Source: an uncultured Desulfosarcina sp. (GTDB taxonomy: Bacteria; Desulfobacterota; Desulfobacteria; Desulfobacterales; Desulfosarcinaceae). From it: a DNA stretch of 64,000 nt. The position numbers and the translations under genes are program-made. Positions 10,077 to 20,900 of the stretch are shown here, piece by piece; within the stretch, counting starts at the first letter, position 1, and each line of letters begins with the position of its first letter. Under the pieces are notes generated by a model that was not told where the DNA came from, made no database searches, and worked only from the letters and a program-made list of their open reading frames with translations. The stretch is taken from NCBI GenBank assembly GCA_963674945.2, contig CAXXWQ010000004.1, positions 960,001-1,024,000 of the forward strand, in the 5' to 3' direction.

Positions 10077-13000
10077 TCACCAGGTTTGGCCTGCTTCCAA
10101 ACTGGCCCGCTCTTGCGCAAGCCGCCGGGCGACCCGACCGGGTGGATGCGTTCTCCGGGAGAGCAGGCTGTATGCAACCGGCACGACAAACAGGGTAAAC
10201 AGGGTCGCCGACAACACCCCGGCCAGAACGACGACGCCGATCACCATGCGGGTTTCCGCTCCTGCGCCCGAGGAGAGAATCAGGGGAATCGCACCCGTGG
10301 CCGTGGTGATGCCGGTCATCACGATCGGGCGCAGGCGAACTTCGGATGCCGTAAGAATTGCGTAATCAAACGATTTGCGTCGCTCCCGGAGTTGGTTGGC
10401 GAATTCGACAATGAGAATGCCGTTTTTGGCCGACAGCCCGATCAGCATGACCAGGCCGATCTTGGAGTATAGATTCAAGGTGCTTCCGGTTACATACAGC
10501 CCCATCAACCCGCCTGCAATGGCCAATGGCACCGTCAGCATGATCACAAGCGGATTGATATAGCTTTCGAACTGGGCGGCGAGAACAAGGAACACCACCA
10601 GGATTCCCATCAGGAATACGAATAGGATGGATTGGGTTGAGTACTTGTAATCCTGGGATTGCCCCTTGTAATCAATGATTGCGTGTTCAGGCAGGTGATC
10701 GTTGACCAATCCTTCCATGTAGGCAAGCGCATCACCCAAGGCCAAACCGTCGGCAAGATTGGCCTCGATGGTGATGGCCCTGACGCGGTTATAGCGGTTC
10801 AGGGCCGTTGAATCGGCAAATTCCGCTATCGTGACCAGGTTGGACAATGGAATCACTTCGCCACTGCGCGATGAACGCACAAAGATGTTCTGCAGATCGG
10901 TTGGCGTACGCTGGTGCTCACGTTCACCTTCCAGGATTACATCGTACTCTTCACCGGCTTCAAGATAGGTGGTCACACGCCGGGAGCCCAGCATCGTCTC
11001 CAGGGTTCGGCCGACATTGCCGATGGTCACCCCCAATTCGGCTGCGCGATCATAATCGATGTTCACCTGCAGTTGGGGTTTGGTTTCTTTGTAATCCCAG
11101 TCGATGCCGATCAGCCCCGGATTGTTGACTTCGATCTGGGCTAACAGTGTATCTCGCCATTGGGCCAATTCCGGATAGGTACCGCCGCCGATGACGAACT
11201 GCAGCGGCTTTTGAATGGATGCACCAAAGCCCTGGCGCATCACCGGGAAGGCGCGCACCCCCGGCAGTCCGCCCAGTCTGGCGCGCACCTCATCCATGAT
11301 GGCCCAGGCGGAACGCCGCTGATCCCAGTCGTTGAGAACGAAAATCACCATGCCGGTGTTGAAGTTCTCATAATTCGAAAAGGTGCGCGGCGCTCGAACC
11401 AGCAGCCGGGTGGCCTCCTTGCTTTCGACAAAGGGCATCAGCCGCCGCTCGATTTCGTTCATGTATTCCTCCATGTATGCATAGGAGGCGCCTTCCGGCC
11501 CGTTGACGATCACAAAGAATGCACCGCGGTCTTCCTTGGGCGCGTATTCTGTCGGAATCTGCCCGGCCAGCCACACCGTTGCCGCGATCAGCGCCGCGAA
11601 AAGACCCACCACCAGCCAGGGGTGCTTCATGGTGTAGCTGAGCCACCGGCGGTAGCGATTGCGGATAGATTCAAAAAGACGGTCCGTCAGGGCAGAACCG
11701 TTACGTCGGACGGAATGGCGCTTCAGAATTTTAGATGCCAGCATGGGAGAGAAGCTCAGGGCCACGATGCTGGAAAAGCAAACCGCCGCCGCCATGGTGA
11801 TGGCAAACTCGGAAAATAAACGACCCACATCCCCCTGCAAAAAAGCAATGGGTACAAACACCGCCACCAACACCAGAGAGGTGGCGATCACTGCGAAACC
11901 GACCTGCCGGGTACCGCGATAGGCCGCAATAAGGGGGGATTCGCCCCTTTCCGCCATGCGCCGGTAAATATTCTCCAATACCACGATGGCATCGTCCACC
12001 ACCAACCCAATGGCCAGGACCAGTGCCAGCAGGGTCAGCAAATTCACCGAGAAACCCAGCACGTATAAAACAGTTAAGCTGGCGATAATGGAAACCGGGA
12101 CGGTCACCGCTGGAACGAGCGTGGCCCGCAAACTGCCCAAAAAGAAATAGATCACCAAAATGACCAGGCCGATGGCAATCAGCAGCGTCTTGTAGACTTC
12201 CCTGATGGCGCCTTCGACAAAAACCGATGTGTCGTAGCTCTGCTTGATTTCCATCCCGTCGGGCAAGGTGGGGTTGAGGCGTCGCATTTCCGCCTTGGCA
12301 CCACGGGCCACGTCGATCGTGTTGGCGGTCGATTGTTTGATGATGCCCATGCCCACCATGGCCACGCCGTTGCCGCGAAAAAATGTCCGGTCCTCTTCGG
12401 TACCGCGCTCGACGCGGGCAATGTCTCCCAGGCGAACCAAGTGGCCGTCGGTGCCGCGAACCAGAACCAGGCGGCTGAAATCCTGGGCCGTCCGAAAGGC
12501 ACGCTTGACCCGCACCGTAAAGCCACGCTCCCGGGATTCGATGCTTCCGGCCGGCAGTTCCAGATTTTCCGACCGCAGGGCGCTTTCGACGTCGCTGACC
12601 ACAAGCCCCCGCGCCGCCATGGCATTTCGGTCGATCCAGATCCGCATGGCAAAGTTTTGACCACCGCCAATTCTCACCCGCGCGACGCCGTCTAAAACCG
12701 AAAACCGATCGACCAGATAGCGATCGGCATAATCGGTCAAGGCCGGGACGGTCATGCGATCGCTGACCAGATTCAACCACATGATCACATCGTCGTTGGA
12801 ATCGACCTTTTGGATCTCCGGCGGATCGGCTTCGTCCGGCAGATCGCCAAAAATCGCCGAGACCCGATCCCGAACATCGTTGACCGCCCCGTCGATATCC
12901 CGCTCGGTATCGAATTCGACCGTCACCGCAGAAAGCCCGTCTTCACTGGTTGAGGAAATAAATTCAATACCTTCGACGCCGGCAATCCGCTCTTCGATGA

Positions 13001-13196
13001 GTTCGGTAATGCGTGTCTCCACCACATTGGCGGAGGCGCCGGGATAGAGCGTTTCGATGGTTACCACGGGGGGATCGATGTCCGGGTATTCCCGCAGAGG
13101 AAGTCGGCCGAACGAAACCAGGCCGAAGACGATCAACAGTAAGGAGATCACGGCGGCAAATACAGGCCGCTTGACGGAAATGTCAGAAAGAATCAT
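10077..13196 (-). CDS. RND efflux transporter permease (AcrB/AcrD/AcrF family)
   Basis: 1039 aa; GLVVDDAIVVLENI, KNGILIVEFA and RLRPIVMT motifs. Confidence 0.97.
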   Translation of the reverse strand: MILSDISVKRPVFAAVISLLLIVFGLVSFGRLPLREYPDIDPPVVTIETLYPGASANVVETRITELIEERIAGVEGIEFISSTSEDGLSAVTVEFDTERDIDGAVNDVRDRVSAIFGDLPDEADPPEIQKVDSNDDVIMWLNLVSDRMTVPALTDYADRYLVDRFSVLDGVARVRIGGGQNFAMRIWIDRNAMAARGLVVSDVESALRSENLELPAGSIESRERGFTVRVKRAFRTAQDFSRLVLVRGTDGHLVRLGDIARVERGTEEDRTFFRGNGVAMVGMGIIKQSTANTIDVARGAKAEMRRLNPTLPDGMEIKQSYDTSVFVEGAIREVYKTLLIAIGLVILVIYFFLGSLRATLVPAVTVPVSIIASLTVLYVLGFSVNLLTLLALVLAIGLVVDDAIVVLENIYRRMAERGESPLIAAYRGTRQVGFAVIATSLVLVAVFVPIAFLQGDVGRLFSEFAITMAAAVCFSSIVALSFSPMLASKILKRHSVRRNGSALTDRLFESIRNRYRRWLSYTMKHPWLVVGLFAALIAATVWLAGQIPTEYAPKEDRGAFFVIVNGPEGASYAYMEEYMNEIERRLMPFVESKEATRLLVRAPRTFSNYENFNTGMVIFVLNDWDQRRSAWAIMDEVRARLGGLPGVRAFPVMRQGFGASIQKPLQFVIGGGTYPELAQWRDTLLAQIEVNNPGLIGIDWDYKETKPQLQVNIDYDRAAELGVTIGNVGRTLETMLGSRRVTTYLEAGEEYDVILEGEREHQRTPTDLQNIFVRSSRSGEVIPLSNLVTIAEFADSTALNRYNRVRAITIEANLADGLALGDALAYMEGLVNDHLPEHAIIDYKGQSQDYKYSTQSILFVFLMGILVVFLVLAAQFESYINPLVIMLTVPLAIAGGLMGLYVTGSTLNLYSKIGLVMLIGLSAKNGILIVEFANQLRERRKSFDYAILTASEVRLRPIVMTGITTATGAIPLILSSGAGAETRMVIGVVVLAGVLSATLFTLFVVPVAYSLLSRRTHPPGRVARRLAQERASLEAGQTW

Positions 13197-14296
13197 CGGT
13201 CCTGACCTTTCCGATTGCTTTTCAGCAGGTGGGCCAATGGCTCGTCGCCGCCATCCACGGCAACGATGGTCACGGGCTGTCCCGGTTGGACGCGCAAGGT
13301 CCCGTCAACGACCACGAATTCTCCTTCTTCGAGTCCTTCGACAATTTCGACGTCACCCGGCCGGCGGTTGCCGATGGTCACTTGACGACGGTGAACGACG
13401 GTGGGGTCGGCGGATCGGTCCACGACCAACACGTGGTTAACACGCCCGGACGGAATCAGCGCTTCCTCGGGAATCACCAAAACGTCCCGCGGATTTTTCA
13501 TCAACGTGACGTACATCAGCAACCCCGGTTTAAGCAGACGCTCCGGGTTCGGCAACATCGCTCTGACGACGATCGCACGGGTGACCGGATCGATGCGGCT
13601 GTTGATGCTGGAAACGATGCCATCGAATTGACGACCGGGGAGGGCGGGGGATGTGGCGACAATTGGCAACCCGTTGGCAAGGCTCGCCAGGTAAATCGAC
13701 GGCACCGTAAAATCGAGTTTCATGACGCTGTCGTCGTCCAGGGTCGTGATCACGTCCCCCGGTTCGATGAGTGTACCGACACTGACATTGCGCAGCCCCA
13801 CAACCCCGGCAAACGGTGCGATAATCAAACGGTCCCGCAACTTGGATTCGATGGCCCGGAGTCGCGCCTTGGCGGTCTCGTACTCCCGCCGCCGTTGATC
13901 GAGCAACGATACGGACGCCGCCCCACGCTCGACCAGGGGGCGCAATCGATCATACTGCTTCTTGGCTTCGTTCAGCGTCGAACGTTCCTCTTCGATCAGG
14001 GCATGCTCCTCTTCATTGGTCATCTCAACCAGGATGCTGCCGGCGGCCACCCGCTGGCCATCTTCAAAGTGCACGGCCGAAACGATTTCGGAAACCGTTG
14101 CGGTCAACACGACGGCTTCGCTGGCACGTAGCGTTCCAAGCGCTTCCACGCGGTCCACAAAGCGATCGTTCACAACCGCCTTTACGATCACGGGGGCGGC
14201 CTGCTGAGCGCTTGTCTGGTCAACCCCACAAAACCCGATGATGGCCGCCACGGCCATGCACAGAGGAATTTGCAATGGTATGCTAAGATTCTTCAT
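13193..14296 (-). CDS. RND periplasmic adaptor (MFP) subunit
   Basis: APFAGVVG, RIDPVTR, LKPG motifs; overlaps the permease start. Confidence 0.95.
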   Translation of the reverse strand: MKNLSIPLQIPLCMAVAAIIGFCGVDQTSAQQAAPVIVKAVVNDRFVDRVEALGTLRASEAVVLTATVSEIVSAVHFEDGQRVAAGSILVEMTNEEEHALIEEERSTLNEAKKQYDRLRPLVERGAASVSLLDQRRREYETAKARLRAIESKLRDRLIIAPFAGVVGLRNVSVGTLIEPGDVITTLDDDSVMKLDFTVPSIYLASLANGLPIVATSPALPGRQFDGIVSSINSRIDPVTRAIVVRAMLPNPERLLKPGLLMYVTLMKNPRDVLVIPEEALIPSGRVNHVLVVDRSADPTVVHRRQVTIGNRRPGDVEIVEGLEEGEFVVVDGTLRVQPGQPVTIVAVDGGDEPLAHLLKSNRKGQDR

Positions 14297-14297
14297 G

Positions 14298-15692
14298 TCA
14301 GGCCTCCATACCGGCTGCTTTCACCTGTCCACCCAGCACCCGCTGGAGTTGAATACGGAACCCCAGCAGTTCCCGCTGCTGTATGACGATGATGCGTTCG
14401 ATCCGCTGCAGCTCTTTGATTGCATCCAGGACCGGCAAAAAATCTGTCAGGCCATTGGTATACCGATCTCTGGTCTCTTCGACGGTGCGTTCCAGAAAGA
14501 GACGGCGACGCTCCAGACGATCCAGAAATTCGCGCTGTTTGCGCTCCTGGTAAAGCGCATTTTCAACATCTTCGATCGCCTGCAGATAAGCCTGGGAAAA
14601 TTCCGCCAGCCGTTCCTCATAAACAGCGCGGCTGCGCTCGACTTCGGCCTTGCGGGCCCCCCAGTCCAAAAGCGGTTGTACGATCGATCCCAGCAGGACA
14701 CCTGCGGGTCCGGTGAATTCCGAACCGTCCCCGTAAAAGAGGGATCCGTCAAGTGTGATTCGTGGCAGACGCTCGGCAATGGCCTGCCCGATTTCGGCAT
14801 CAGCGGCGATCAGCTCGCTTCTCAAGGCCCTCAAGTCCGGACGGTTGAGCAAGAGATCTGATGGGACACCCACCAATGGCAGGTCTTCAACATCAACGAA
14901 CCGATCATTGTCGTCTACGCGATCCACCGCATCCGGTGCCTGCCCGATCAACACATCCAATCGGTTTTCTGCAACGCGCAGCAGCGCTTCGGTGGGGGGC
15001 ACCAAGCTTTCGGTTTCGGCCAGCACGCTGCTTTGCTGCAACACATCCACCGATGCCGTCAGGCCCGCTTCAAAACGAAGCTCGGTCAGTTCCAATAACT
15101 CCCGGTCAGCCTCGATCTGTTGTTCGAGCAAGCGTAGTTGGGTGCGTTGTCCGACCGCATCAAAATAGGCAGCGGTTACTTCCGCGGACAAACTCAGCCG
15201 TATCGTTTCCAAATCTTCAGCACGCGCGGCGCGCTCACTGCGACGTGCTATTTCAGCAGATCCGAGCCGATTGAAAACATCGACCTCCCAGACCAATGCG
15301 CCACCGACCCGATCCAAGTGATTGCGTGTCTCACCATCCGCCCAGTCCCTCAGAATGCTGCCTTCGAGGTCAACCTGGGGCAGGCGCGCTGCCCCGGCCT
15401 GGCGGGTGAGTGCAGCGGCCTGGTCGATCCTTGCCATGCCCCGCATGATATCGAAATTGCCATTCAGTGCATCATCGATGAGTTCATCCAGCTTGGCATC
15501 CTTGAACGAAACCCACCAAGGATCACCGATGGGTTTTTTAGTGGGCGAAGGGATGCTGTAGACAACGCCACCAGTTTGCAGCGGTTCCGGAGTTGGGTTG
15601 ATGGTATGCGGTTGACAGCCTGAAAGCAGCACGCTTGCCGTTCCAAGTAAGACAATCCAGCGATGTTGACTGATTCCTGTTGACCATTTCAT
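14298..15692 (-). CDS. Outer-membrane efflux lipoprotein (TolC/NodT family)
   Basis: LSGC lipobox, WW..F.D..L, WEVDVF, LLLNRPD motifs. Confidence 0.93.
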   Translation of the reverse strand: MKWSTGISQHRWIVLLGTASVLLSGCQPHTINPTPEPLQTGGVVYSIPSPTKKPIGDPWWVSFKDAKLDELIDDALNGNFDIMRGMARIDQAAALTRQAGAARLPQVDLEGSILRDWADGETRNHLDRVGGALVWEVDVFNRLGSAEIARRSERAARAEDLETIRLSLSAEVTAAYFDAVGQRTQLRLLEQQIEADRELLELTELRFEAGLTASVDVLQQSSVLAETESLVPPTEALLRVAENRLDVLIGQAPDAVDRVDDNDRFVDVEDLPLVGVPSDLLLNRPDLRALRSELIAADAEIGQAIAERLPRITLDGSLFYGDGSEFTGPAGVLLGSIVQPLLDWGARKAEVERSRAVYEERLAEFSQAYLQAIEDVENALYQERKQREFLDRLERRRLFLERTVEETRDRYTNGLTDFLPVLDAIKELQRIERIIVIQQRELLGFRIQLQRVLGGQVKAAGMEA

Positions 15693-15797
15693 GGCTCGTT
15701 ATCCCACATACGTGACGAATCCCTCACAACGCTTCATATGTCCGTAACCAATGGTAATAAACTTCAGACCCAGTCGGCTAATTGGCAATATGAGACA

Positions 15798-15822
15798 TTT
15801 GACCGGTATTCGGTAGGTCAAA
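15798..15822. promoter_or_regulatory. Palindromic operator candidate upstream of the RND operon
   Basis: TTTGACC-N11-GGTCAAA, ~105 bp upstream of the first gene. Confidence 0.4.
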
Positions 15823-16032
15823 ACTATCAACATGCCAGAGATATTCATGGCAAACGGATGGTGCCTTTTTTCGGTGCCTGCATTGGAGGAAAAATTGTAC
15901 CGGGGTTTTGTTCAAATGTAGATTTGTCTATCCCATAAAAGTCAGCATTGAACCAAGAGCAACGACTTTCTATAGGACGCCTCGCCGACAACAGGTATGA
16001 CGGTTTGCTGAGATTTGCTGCCGTTGATAGGA

Positions 16033-17514
16033 TCACGTCCCGCAATAGGTTCGATAAGGCTCAGCCGAAGGGGGCGGTGGCAGGTGATAGCCGGCCTGTT
16101 CCGGCGGATACTGGTATGGTTGGGAAAGAACATCCAGCAGTTTTTCCATGACCGTAAAATCGGACCGTTCCACGGCCGCCTCCAGGGCCTCTTCCACTTG
16201 GTGGTTGCGAGGGATCACTGCCGGGTTGTGTGCGTTCATGAGACGGATTGATGCCTCCCAAGTATCCGGTTGCCGCTTTAGCCGGGCCTGCCAGCGTTCG
16301 TACCACTGATTAAATTCCTGGGTCTGAAACACGGAGGCCTCCGGAAAGGAATCGGATGCCAAATCGCGAAAAGTGTTGGTATAATCCGCCCCTTGCCGGT
16401 GCATGCAATCTAATAGGTCCTGCATCAGTGTGCTGTCATCTTCCTCATGGTTGAACAGCCCCAATTTGGAACGCATTCCCGCCAGCCAATATTGACGAAA
16501 TGTATCGGCAAATCCGGAAAGGGCATCGGTGGCCATCGAAACAGCCTCCTGCGGGTCCTCGTGAATAAGCGGCAACAGCGTTTCGGCAAACCTGGCAAGG
16601 TTCCACTGGGCAATCTGTGGCTGGCGGCCATAGGCATACCGACCGTTGTGATCGATGGAACTGAAGACGGTATTCGGATCGTAGGCGTCCATGAAGGCGC
16701 AGGGTCCGTAGTCTATCGTTTCACCGCTTAGGGTCATGTTGTCGGTGTTCATGACGCCGTGGATGAAGCCGACCAGTATCCAGTCGGCGACCAATGAAGC
16801 CTGTCGTTCCATGACGGCCCCAAGCAAGGCAAGATACGGGCTGCCGTCCATGGTCAAATCGCGGAAGTGGCGGCGGATGGTGTAATCAGCCAGGGCTTGG
16901 ATCTCGTTCTGATTGTCCCTCGACGCCGCATACTGGAAAGTACCTACGCGGATGTGGCTGGCCGCCGTACGGGTCAGGATCGCCCCCTGCAAAGGGGTTT
17001 CCCGGAAGACTGGTTCACCTGTCGTCACCACTGCCAGGCTGCGGGTCGTCGGTACGCCAAGGGCGTAAAGGGCCTCGCTGATAATGTACTCCCGAATCAT
17101 CGGCCCCAGGGCCGCCCTCCCATCTCCTCGCCTCGAAAAGGGGGTTTTACCGGATCCTTTGAATTGGATGTCAAAACGCTCACCTTTCGGCGTCACTTGC
17201 TCTCCCAGCAGTATGGCCCGCCCATCCCCCAACATGGTGAAAGAGCCGAATTGATGCCCCGCATAGGCCTGAGCAAGCGGTTCGGCGCCCTCGGGGATCC
17301 AGTTGCCAGAGAAAATGGCGGTGCCCTCATCACCTTTAAGAGCATCAGGGTTCAACCCCAAAAACTGCGCCAGCGGCCTGTTAAAAATCACGAGTTTAGG
17401 TGTGCTTACCGGTTCGGGATTCACCCGGACATAAAAAGCCTCCGGTAGCCGAACGTAGCTGTTGTCAAAATTAAATCCTACATCCCGGCGATTCTCTCTG
17501 CGTTTGATCGTCAT
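16033..17514 (-). CDS. selO: Protein adenylyltransferase SelO/YdiU
   Basis: [41 protein letters not shown] motifs; C-terminal YCGT. Confidence 0.95.
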   Translation of the reverse strand: MTIKRRENRRDVGFNFDNSYVRLPEAFYVRVNPEPVSTPKLVIFNRPLAQFLGLNPDALKGDEGTAIFSGNWIPEGAEPLAQAYAGHQFGSFTMLGDGRAILLGEQVTPKGERFDIQFKGSGKTPFSRRGDGRAALGPMIREYIISEALYALGVPTTRSLAVVTTGEPVFRETPLQGAILTRTAASHIRVGTFQYAASRDNQNEIQALADYTIRRHFRDLTMDGSPYLALLGAVMERQASLVADWILVGFIHGVMNTDNMTLSGETIDYGPCAFMDAYDPNTVFSSIDHNGRYAYGRQPQIAQWNLARFAETLLPLIHEDPQEAVSMATDALSGFADTFRQYWLAGMRSKLGLFNHEEDDSTLMQDLLDCMHRQGADYTNTFRDLASDSFPEASVFQTQEFNQWYERWQARLKRQPDTWEASIRLMNAHNPAVIPRNHQVEEALEAAVERSDFTVMEKLLDVLSQPYQYPPEQAGYHLPPPPSAEPYRTYCGT

Positions 17515-17664
17515 GTCATCCTCCAGCCCCTAATAGATGTAGAGAATAGTTAGCTAATGTGATGACTAAAGTATGTTTAACTTAAGTTCGACTCACTGAA
17601 AGATCCTTTCATCTTTATCCACCTTGTCTGGCCCCTTAAGATGGCCGGTTCTTTTGAGACCCCA

Positions 17665-17702
17665 AAAAATAGGCAGAGCCCCGTTAGAGGCTCTGCTTTT
17701 TC
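17665..17702. terminator. Bidirectional intrinsic terminator
   Basis: GCAGAGCC-N8-GGCTCTGC flanked by A and T runs. Confidence 0.75.
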
Positions 17703-17764
17703 GGCGGCTGCCGTCATCAAATTAGAATGCCTGCTATTTCGAAGCTCTGCCGTTTACTATGCCC

Positions 17765-17857
17765 TTAGAGCTTGCATGATTCTTCCAATGACCATCCGTT
17801 TATACATCTGTTTGCGAAGTAAGCAAGAACTGCAATCGTCAAAATTGTTCCTAACAT
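17765..17857 (-). CDS. Putative 30-aa small membrane peptide
   Basis: MLGTILTIAVLAYFANRCINGWSLEESCKL*, AGGTAGGT SD-like sequence; not in ORF track. Confidence 0.4.
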   Translation of the reverse strand: MLGTILTIAVLAYFANRCINGWSLEESCKL

Positions 17858-17875
17858 AGGGCACCTACCTTTCGG

Positions 17876-18010
17876 TTATCCCGCCACATCGATCCCTGGA
17901 TCACATCCCAGATGTTCGTCTTTGTTATCACATTCGAAATTTTTCTCACGTGTATCAACATGTCCTTCGTTCCTGTCGTCGGTATAGTCCTGAACTTTTT
18001 CTTCGACCAT
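17876..18010 (-). CDS. Putative 44-aa small protein
   Basis: Perfect GGAGGT SD 6 nt before ATG; MVEEKVQDYTDDRNEGHVDTREKISNVITKTNIWDVIQGSMWRG*. Confidence 0.5.
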   Translation of the reverse strand: MVEEKVQDYTDDRNEGHVDTREKNFECDNKDEHLGCDPGIDVAG

Positions 18011-18652
18011 TATATCACCTCCCATGTTTTTCTGAATTTTGCTGTATTTTCTCTACTACATTGAAAAATACGGCATGATCGCAATTAGGCAATGTGAGTC
18101 GGTTAGTTGAAGTGTGGCAGGTAGAAACTACCATCAACCCAAGGAAGAAGCGGCAGATAAAGACTTGAACTGCTCCGAATGGGAAAGGGTAAAGCCTCGC
18201 AATCTCCAAGGGAATTATAAAGGTGGACGCTTAGATTTTTTTTGAGGTGGGCGATAGTCTAATTTTGCACGATTGCAAATATGGATAAGAAACCTTGGTA
18301 CACGTGTCCCAAGCGACTGCAACAACATTCTTAAAATTGAATTCTCTATAATAGACATTATTATCTGTAAAATAAATGCCAAACGCATATAATTCGGAAT
18401 TCGAAAGGAAGGTTACATATGAATTCATCAAGTACAAGTACTGACCAAGGTGAAAGATACGAAGCAAAAGAGAAAGAGGCTGCTGCCAATTCAAGTTCAA
18501 GGGGAAAAAAAGGTATTTGGGAAAAATATACTGAACGGTTGAAGGATACAAAGTGTTCGAGGACGTCGCAGGATTGCGAATAATAATAATGACACCCACA
18601 GAGACCAGGCTTGGTGAGCCCCCCCTCGAAGGAGGCTTGAATCCATCTCAAT

Positions 18653-18684
18653 GAACGTCGAACGTCCAACTTCGAACATCGAAT
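18653..18684. repeat. Short 7-bp-period degenerate repeat
   Basis: GAACGTC GAACGTC CAACTTC GAACATC GAAT. Confidence 0.6.
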
Positions 18685-18699
18685 ATGGTATTTTTTTAT

Positions 18700-18957
18700 T
18701 TACATCAGAGAGGCAACGCAAAGAGATCCTACCAACAACAAGAGACCCGTTCCGATCAGCAGCAATGATAATTTGAGATTACTCTTTTCGGTTGCGGGTC
18801 CTGTTTCGTCTTTTGGTTGTGGATTCCCTTTGTTTTGCTTGTATAGTGCCACGATTTCATCCATGGGCAGATAATCCAGATCCCAATGGGTGACGCGTTG
18901 GGTTTTCTCTTTCTCTTTGTAGACGCGAATTTTTGGATGACCGTTGTTCATTGTCAT
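18700..18957 (-). CDS. Small hypothetical protein with C-terminal TM anchor
   Basis: GAAGGGAG SD; hydrophobic C-terminus. Confidence 0.6.
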   Translation of the reverse strand: MTMNNGHPKIRVYKEKEKTQRVTHWDLDYLPMDEIVALYKQNKGNPQPKDETGPATEKSNLKLSLLLIGTGLLLLVGSLCVASLM

Positions 18958-19180
18958 CTCCCTTCGGTTACTTCTTCTAAAGCGATTTATTTAGTCAACA
19001 CCCACGAGTAAACATTTTATTGGGTGTTTGTCACTTCTTTGTCAATCGTTAAAATAATGCATCTGGAGAGATCGACAACCATGGCCGATTGACCGGATGG
19101 TAGCAGTCAGGAACTACCACCATGAACTTTTGCCTTGGTCTACGAATACCGGATATACGGGTCGAAAAAAGATGCACCGT

Positions 19181-20586
19181 CACTCTTGTCCAAGAACCGA
19201 TTTGAACAGAAGTAATTCGATAAGCACTTGAAAAAAAGCCTCCTTGTAAGGCATGGTTTAATCGCCAAAAGAAACCGTTAGCCAAACAAAGGAGGCAGAC
19301 AGATGGTACGCCATGCAAGCTTGTTCAGTCAACTGGTTGCTTTGTTTCATCGAGGTCAATTTTTCAATCTGGTTTTTCGTCATCAAGCTGAACGTTACGC
19401 AAAAGGCTTCAGCAGTTGGGACCATTTTGTAGCCATGCTTTTTTGTCAACTGGCTCAAGCCAAGAGTCTGCGTGAAATTTGTGGCGGATTATCCTGTTGC
19501 CTTGGCAAACTCCGTCACCTTGGGGTGAAAAAGGCGCCGAACAAATCCACGTTGTCCTATGCCAATGCCCATCGGCCCTGGCAAATGTATCGCGACCTTT
19601 TTTACCAGACACTTGATGTGTGCAAGATGACAGGTCCAGGCAAACATCGGTTCCGATTTAAAAATAAGTTGCTGTCGCTGGACAGTTCAACCATTTCGCT
19701 GTGTTTGTCGCTTTTTCCGTGGGCAAAATTCCGCCAGACCAAGGGGGCCGTTAAACTTCACTTGCTATTGGATCATGACGGGTATCTGCCGACCTATGCT
19801 TATATCTCCAACGGCAAAAAGCATGATGTCACCATTGCCCGTAAGATTCCTCTGTCACCCCAATCGATCGTCGCCATGGATCGGGGGTATAATGATTATC
19901 GGCTATTTGCTTACTGGACGGAAAATCAGATCTATTTTGTCACCCGTTTAAAGGACAATGCCGATTACACGGTGATTGAACAACGACAGGTCCCTTTCAA
20001 TAGAAACATCCTGTCCGACGAATTGATCCAGTTCAACGGTCACTACGCTCGTAAGAATTGTCCCCACACGCTACGAAAGGTAACCGTTTGGGATAAAGAA
20101 CAGGATCGTGAAATCGTATTGCTGACCAATCATCTGGAATTTGGGGCCACCACAATATCCGCCATTTACAAAGATCGATGGCAAATAGAATTGTTCTTCA
20201 AGGCACTCAAACAGAATCTGAAGGTGAAAACCTTTGTTGGAACCAGCGAGAATGCGCTGTATATCCAGATTTGGACAGCATTAATTGCCATGCTGCTAAT
20301 CAAGTACCTGAAGTTTAAGTCCCGATTCAATTGGTCGTTGTCAAATCTGGTTGCTTTTCTCAGATGGAATCTTTTTACTTACAGGGATTTATGGGAATGG
20401 ATTGACAAACCATTCGATGTTCTCCCCGGAATGATTCAGCATGTCCAATATCAACTTCCATTTAAAGGAATTGGACAGCACAAGTTGAAAATGGGAACCT
20501 GATCTTGAAGTTTGCGGTTTATACCGCCTAAACAATTGAAATTTCAAAGAGCAATTAAGAATTTCTATTTATTTTGGACAGCAGTG
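19181..20586 (+). mobile_element. Complete IS4-family insertion sequence (1406 bp) with 9-bp TSD ATGCACCGT
   Basis: IRL CACTCTTGTCCAA 19181-19193, IRR TTGGACAGCAGTG 20574-20586; TSD at 19172-19180 and 20587-20595. Confidence 0.95.
19303..20502 (+). CDS. IS4-family DDE transposase (DUF4372-type N-terminus)
   Basis: LDSSTI, DRGY and YKDRWQIELFFK (YREK) motifs. Confidence 0.95.
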   Translation: MVRHASLFSQLVALFHRGQFFNLVFRHQAERYAKGFSSWDHFVAMLFCQLAQAKSLREICGGLSCCLGKLRHLGVKKAPNKSTLSYANAHRPWQMYRDLFYQTLDVCKMTGPGKHRFRFKNKLLSLDSSTISLCLSLFPWAKFRQTKGAVKLHLLLDHDGYLPTYAYISNGKKHDVTIARKIPLSPQSIVAMDRGYNDYRLFAYWTENQIYFVTRLKDNADYTVIEQRQVPFNRNILSDELIQFNGHYARKNCPHTLRKVTVWDKEQDREIVLLTNHLEFGATTISAIYKDRWQIELFFKALKQNLKVKTFVGTSENALYIQIWTALIAMLLIKYLKFKSRFNWSLSNLVAFLRWNLFTYRDLWEWIDKPFDVLPGMIQHVQYQLPFKGIGQHKLKMGT

Positions 20587-20900
20587 ATGCACCGTATGAA
20601 CACAGCTACAGTTTAAATTGGATGGCATCCAGCAACAGTCGTTTGAGCGTGATATTGCGGTGCCGGTGAGGCGTTTTCATAAGCGGCGCTTCGGAAGGGG
20701 TTGGCCAAATGGTGCTATTGATAAAAACCCTGTCTGGATTGTACAATAGGGTAAGTGCTGCGTCGTTAAAAAAATGAAGCCCAGTCGAATCGGAACAAGA
20801 AACACAGAAGAAACGCAAACCAAAGCAAAGCCAAGGTGCCGTAACAGGCTACCTTCGCATGATTGACCAAACAATCGAGGGAAAATTTCATTCGAACATC

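Noticed and set aside
8996..10189. 397-aa alternative-frame ORF and similar long shadow ORFs (11731-12780, 13229-14131, 22274-23500, 47137-48129)
   Set aside because: They overlap well-supported genes and have Arg/Pro/Gly-rich composition typical of GC-rich off-frame artefacts.
16033..16050. Selenocysteine readthrough at the SelO TGA
   Set aside because: C-terminal CGT* is the normal bacterial ending and no SECIS-like hairpin is evident.
18367..18382. Sigma54 promoter TGGCAT-N5-TTACA
   Set aside because: Lacks the invariant GC at -12.
20800..20856. c-di-GMP-I (GEMM) riboswitch upstream of BLUF-EAL
   Set aside because: GCAAACC and GCAAAGCC are present, but the intervening GNRA-capped stem is absent.
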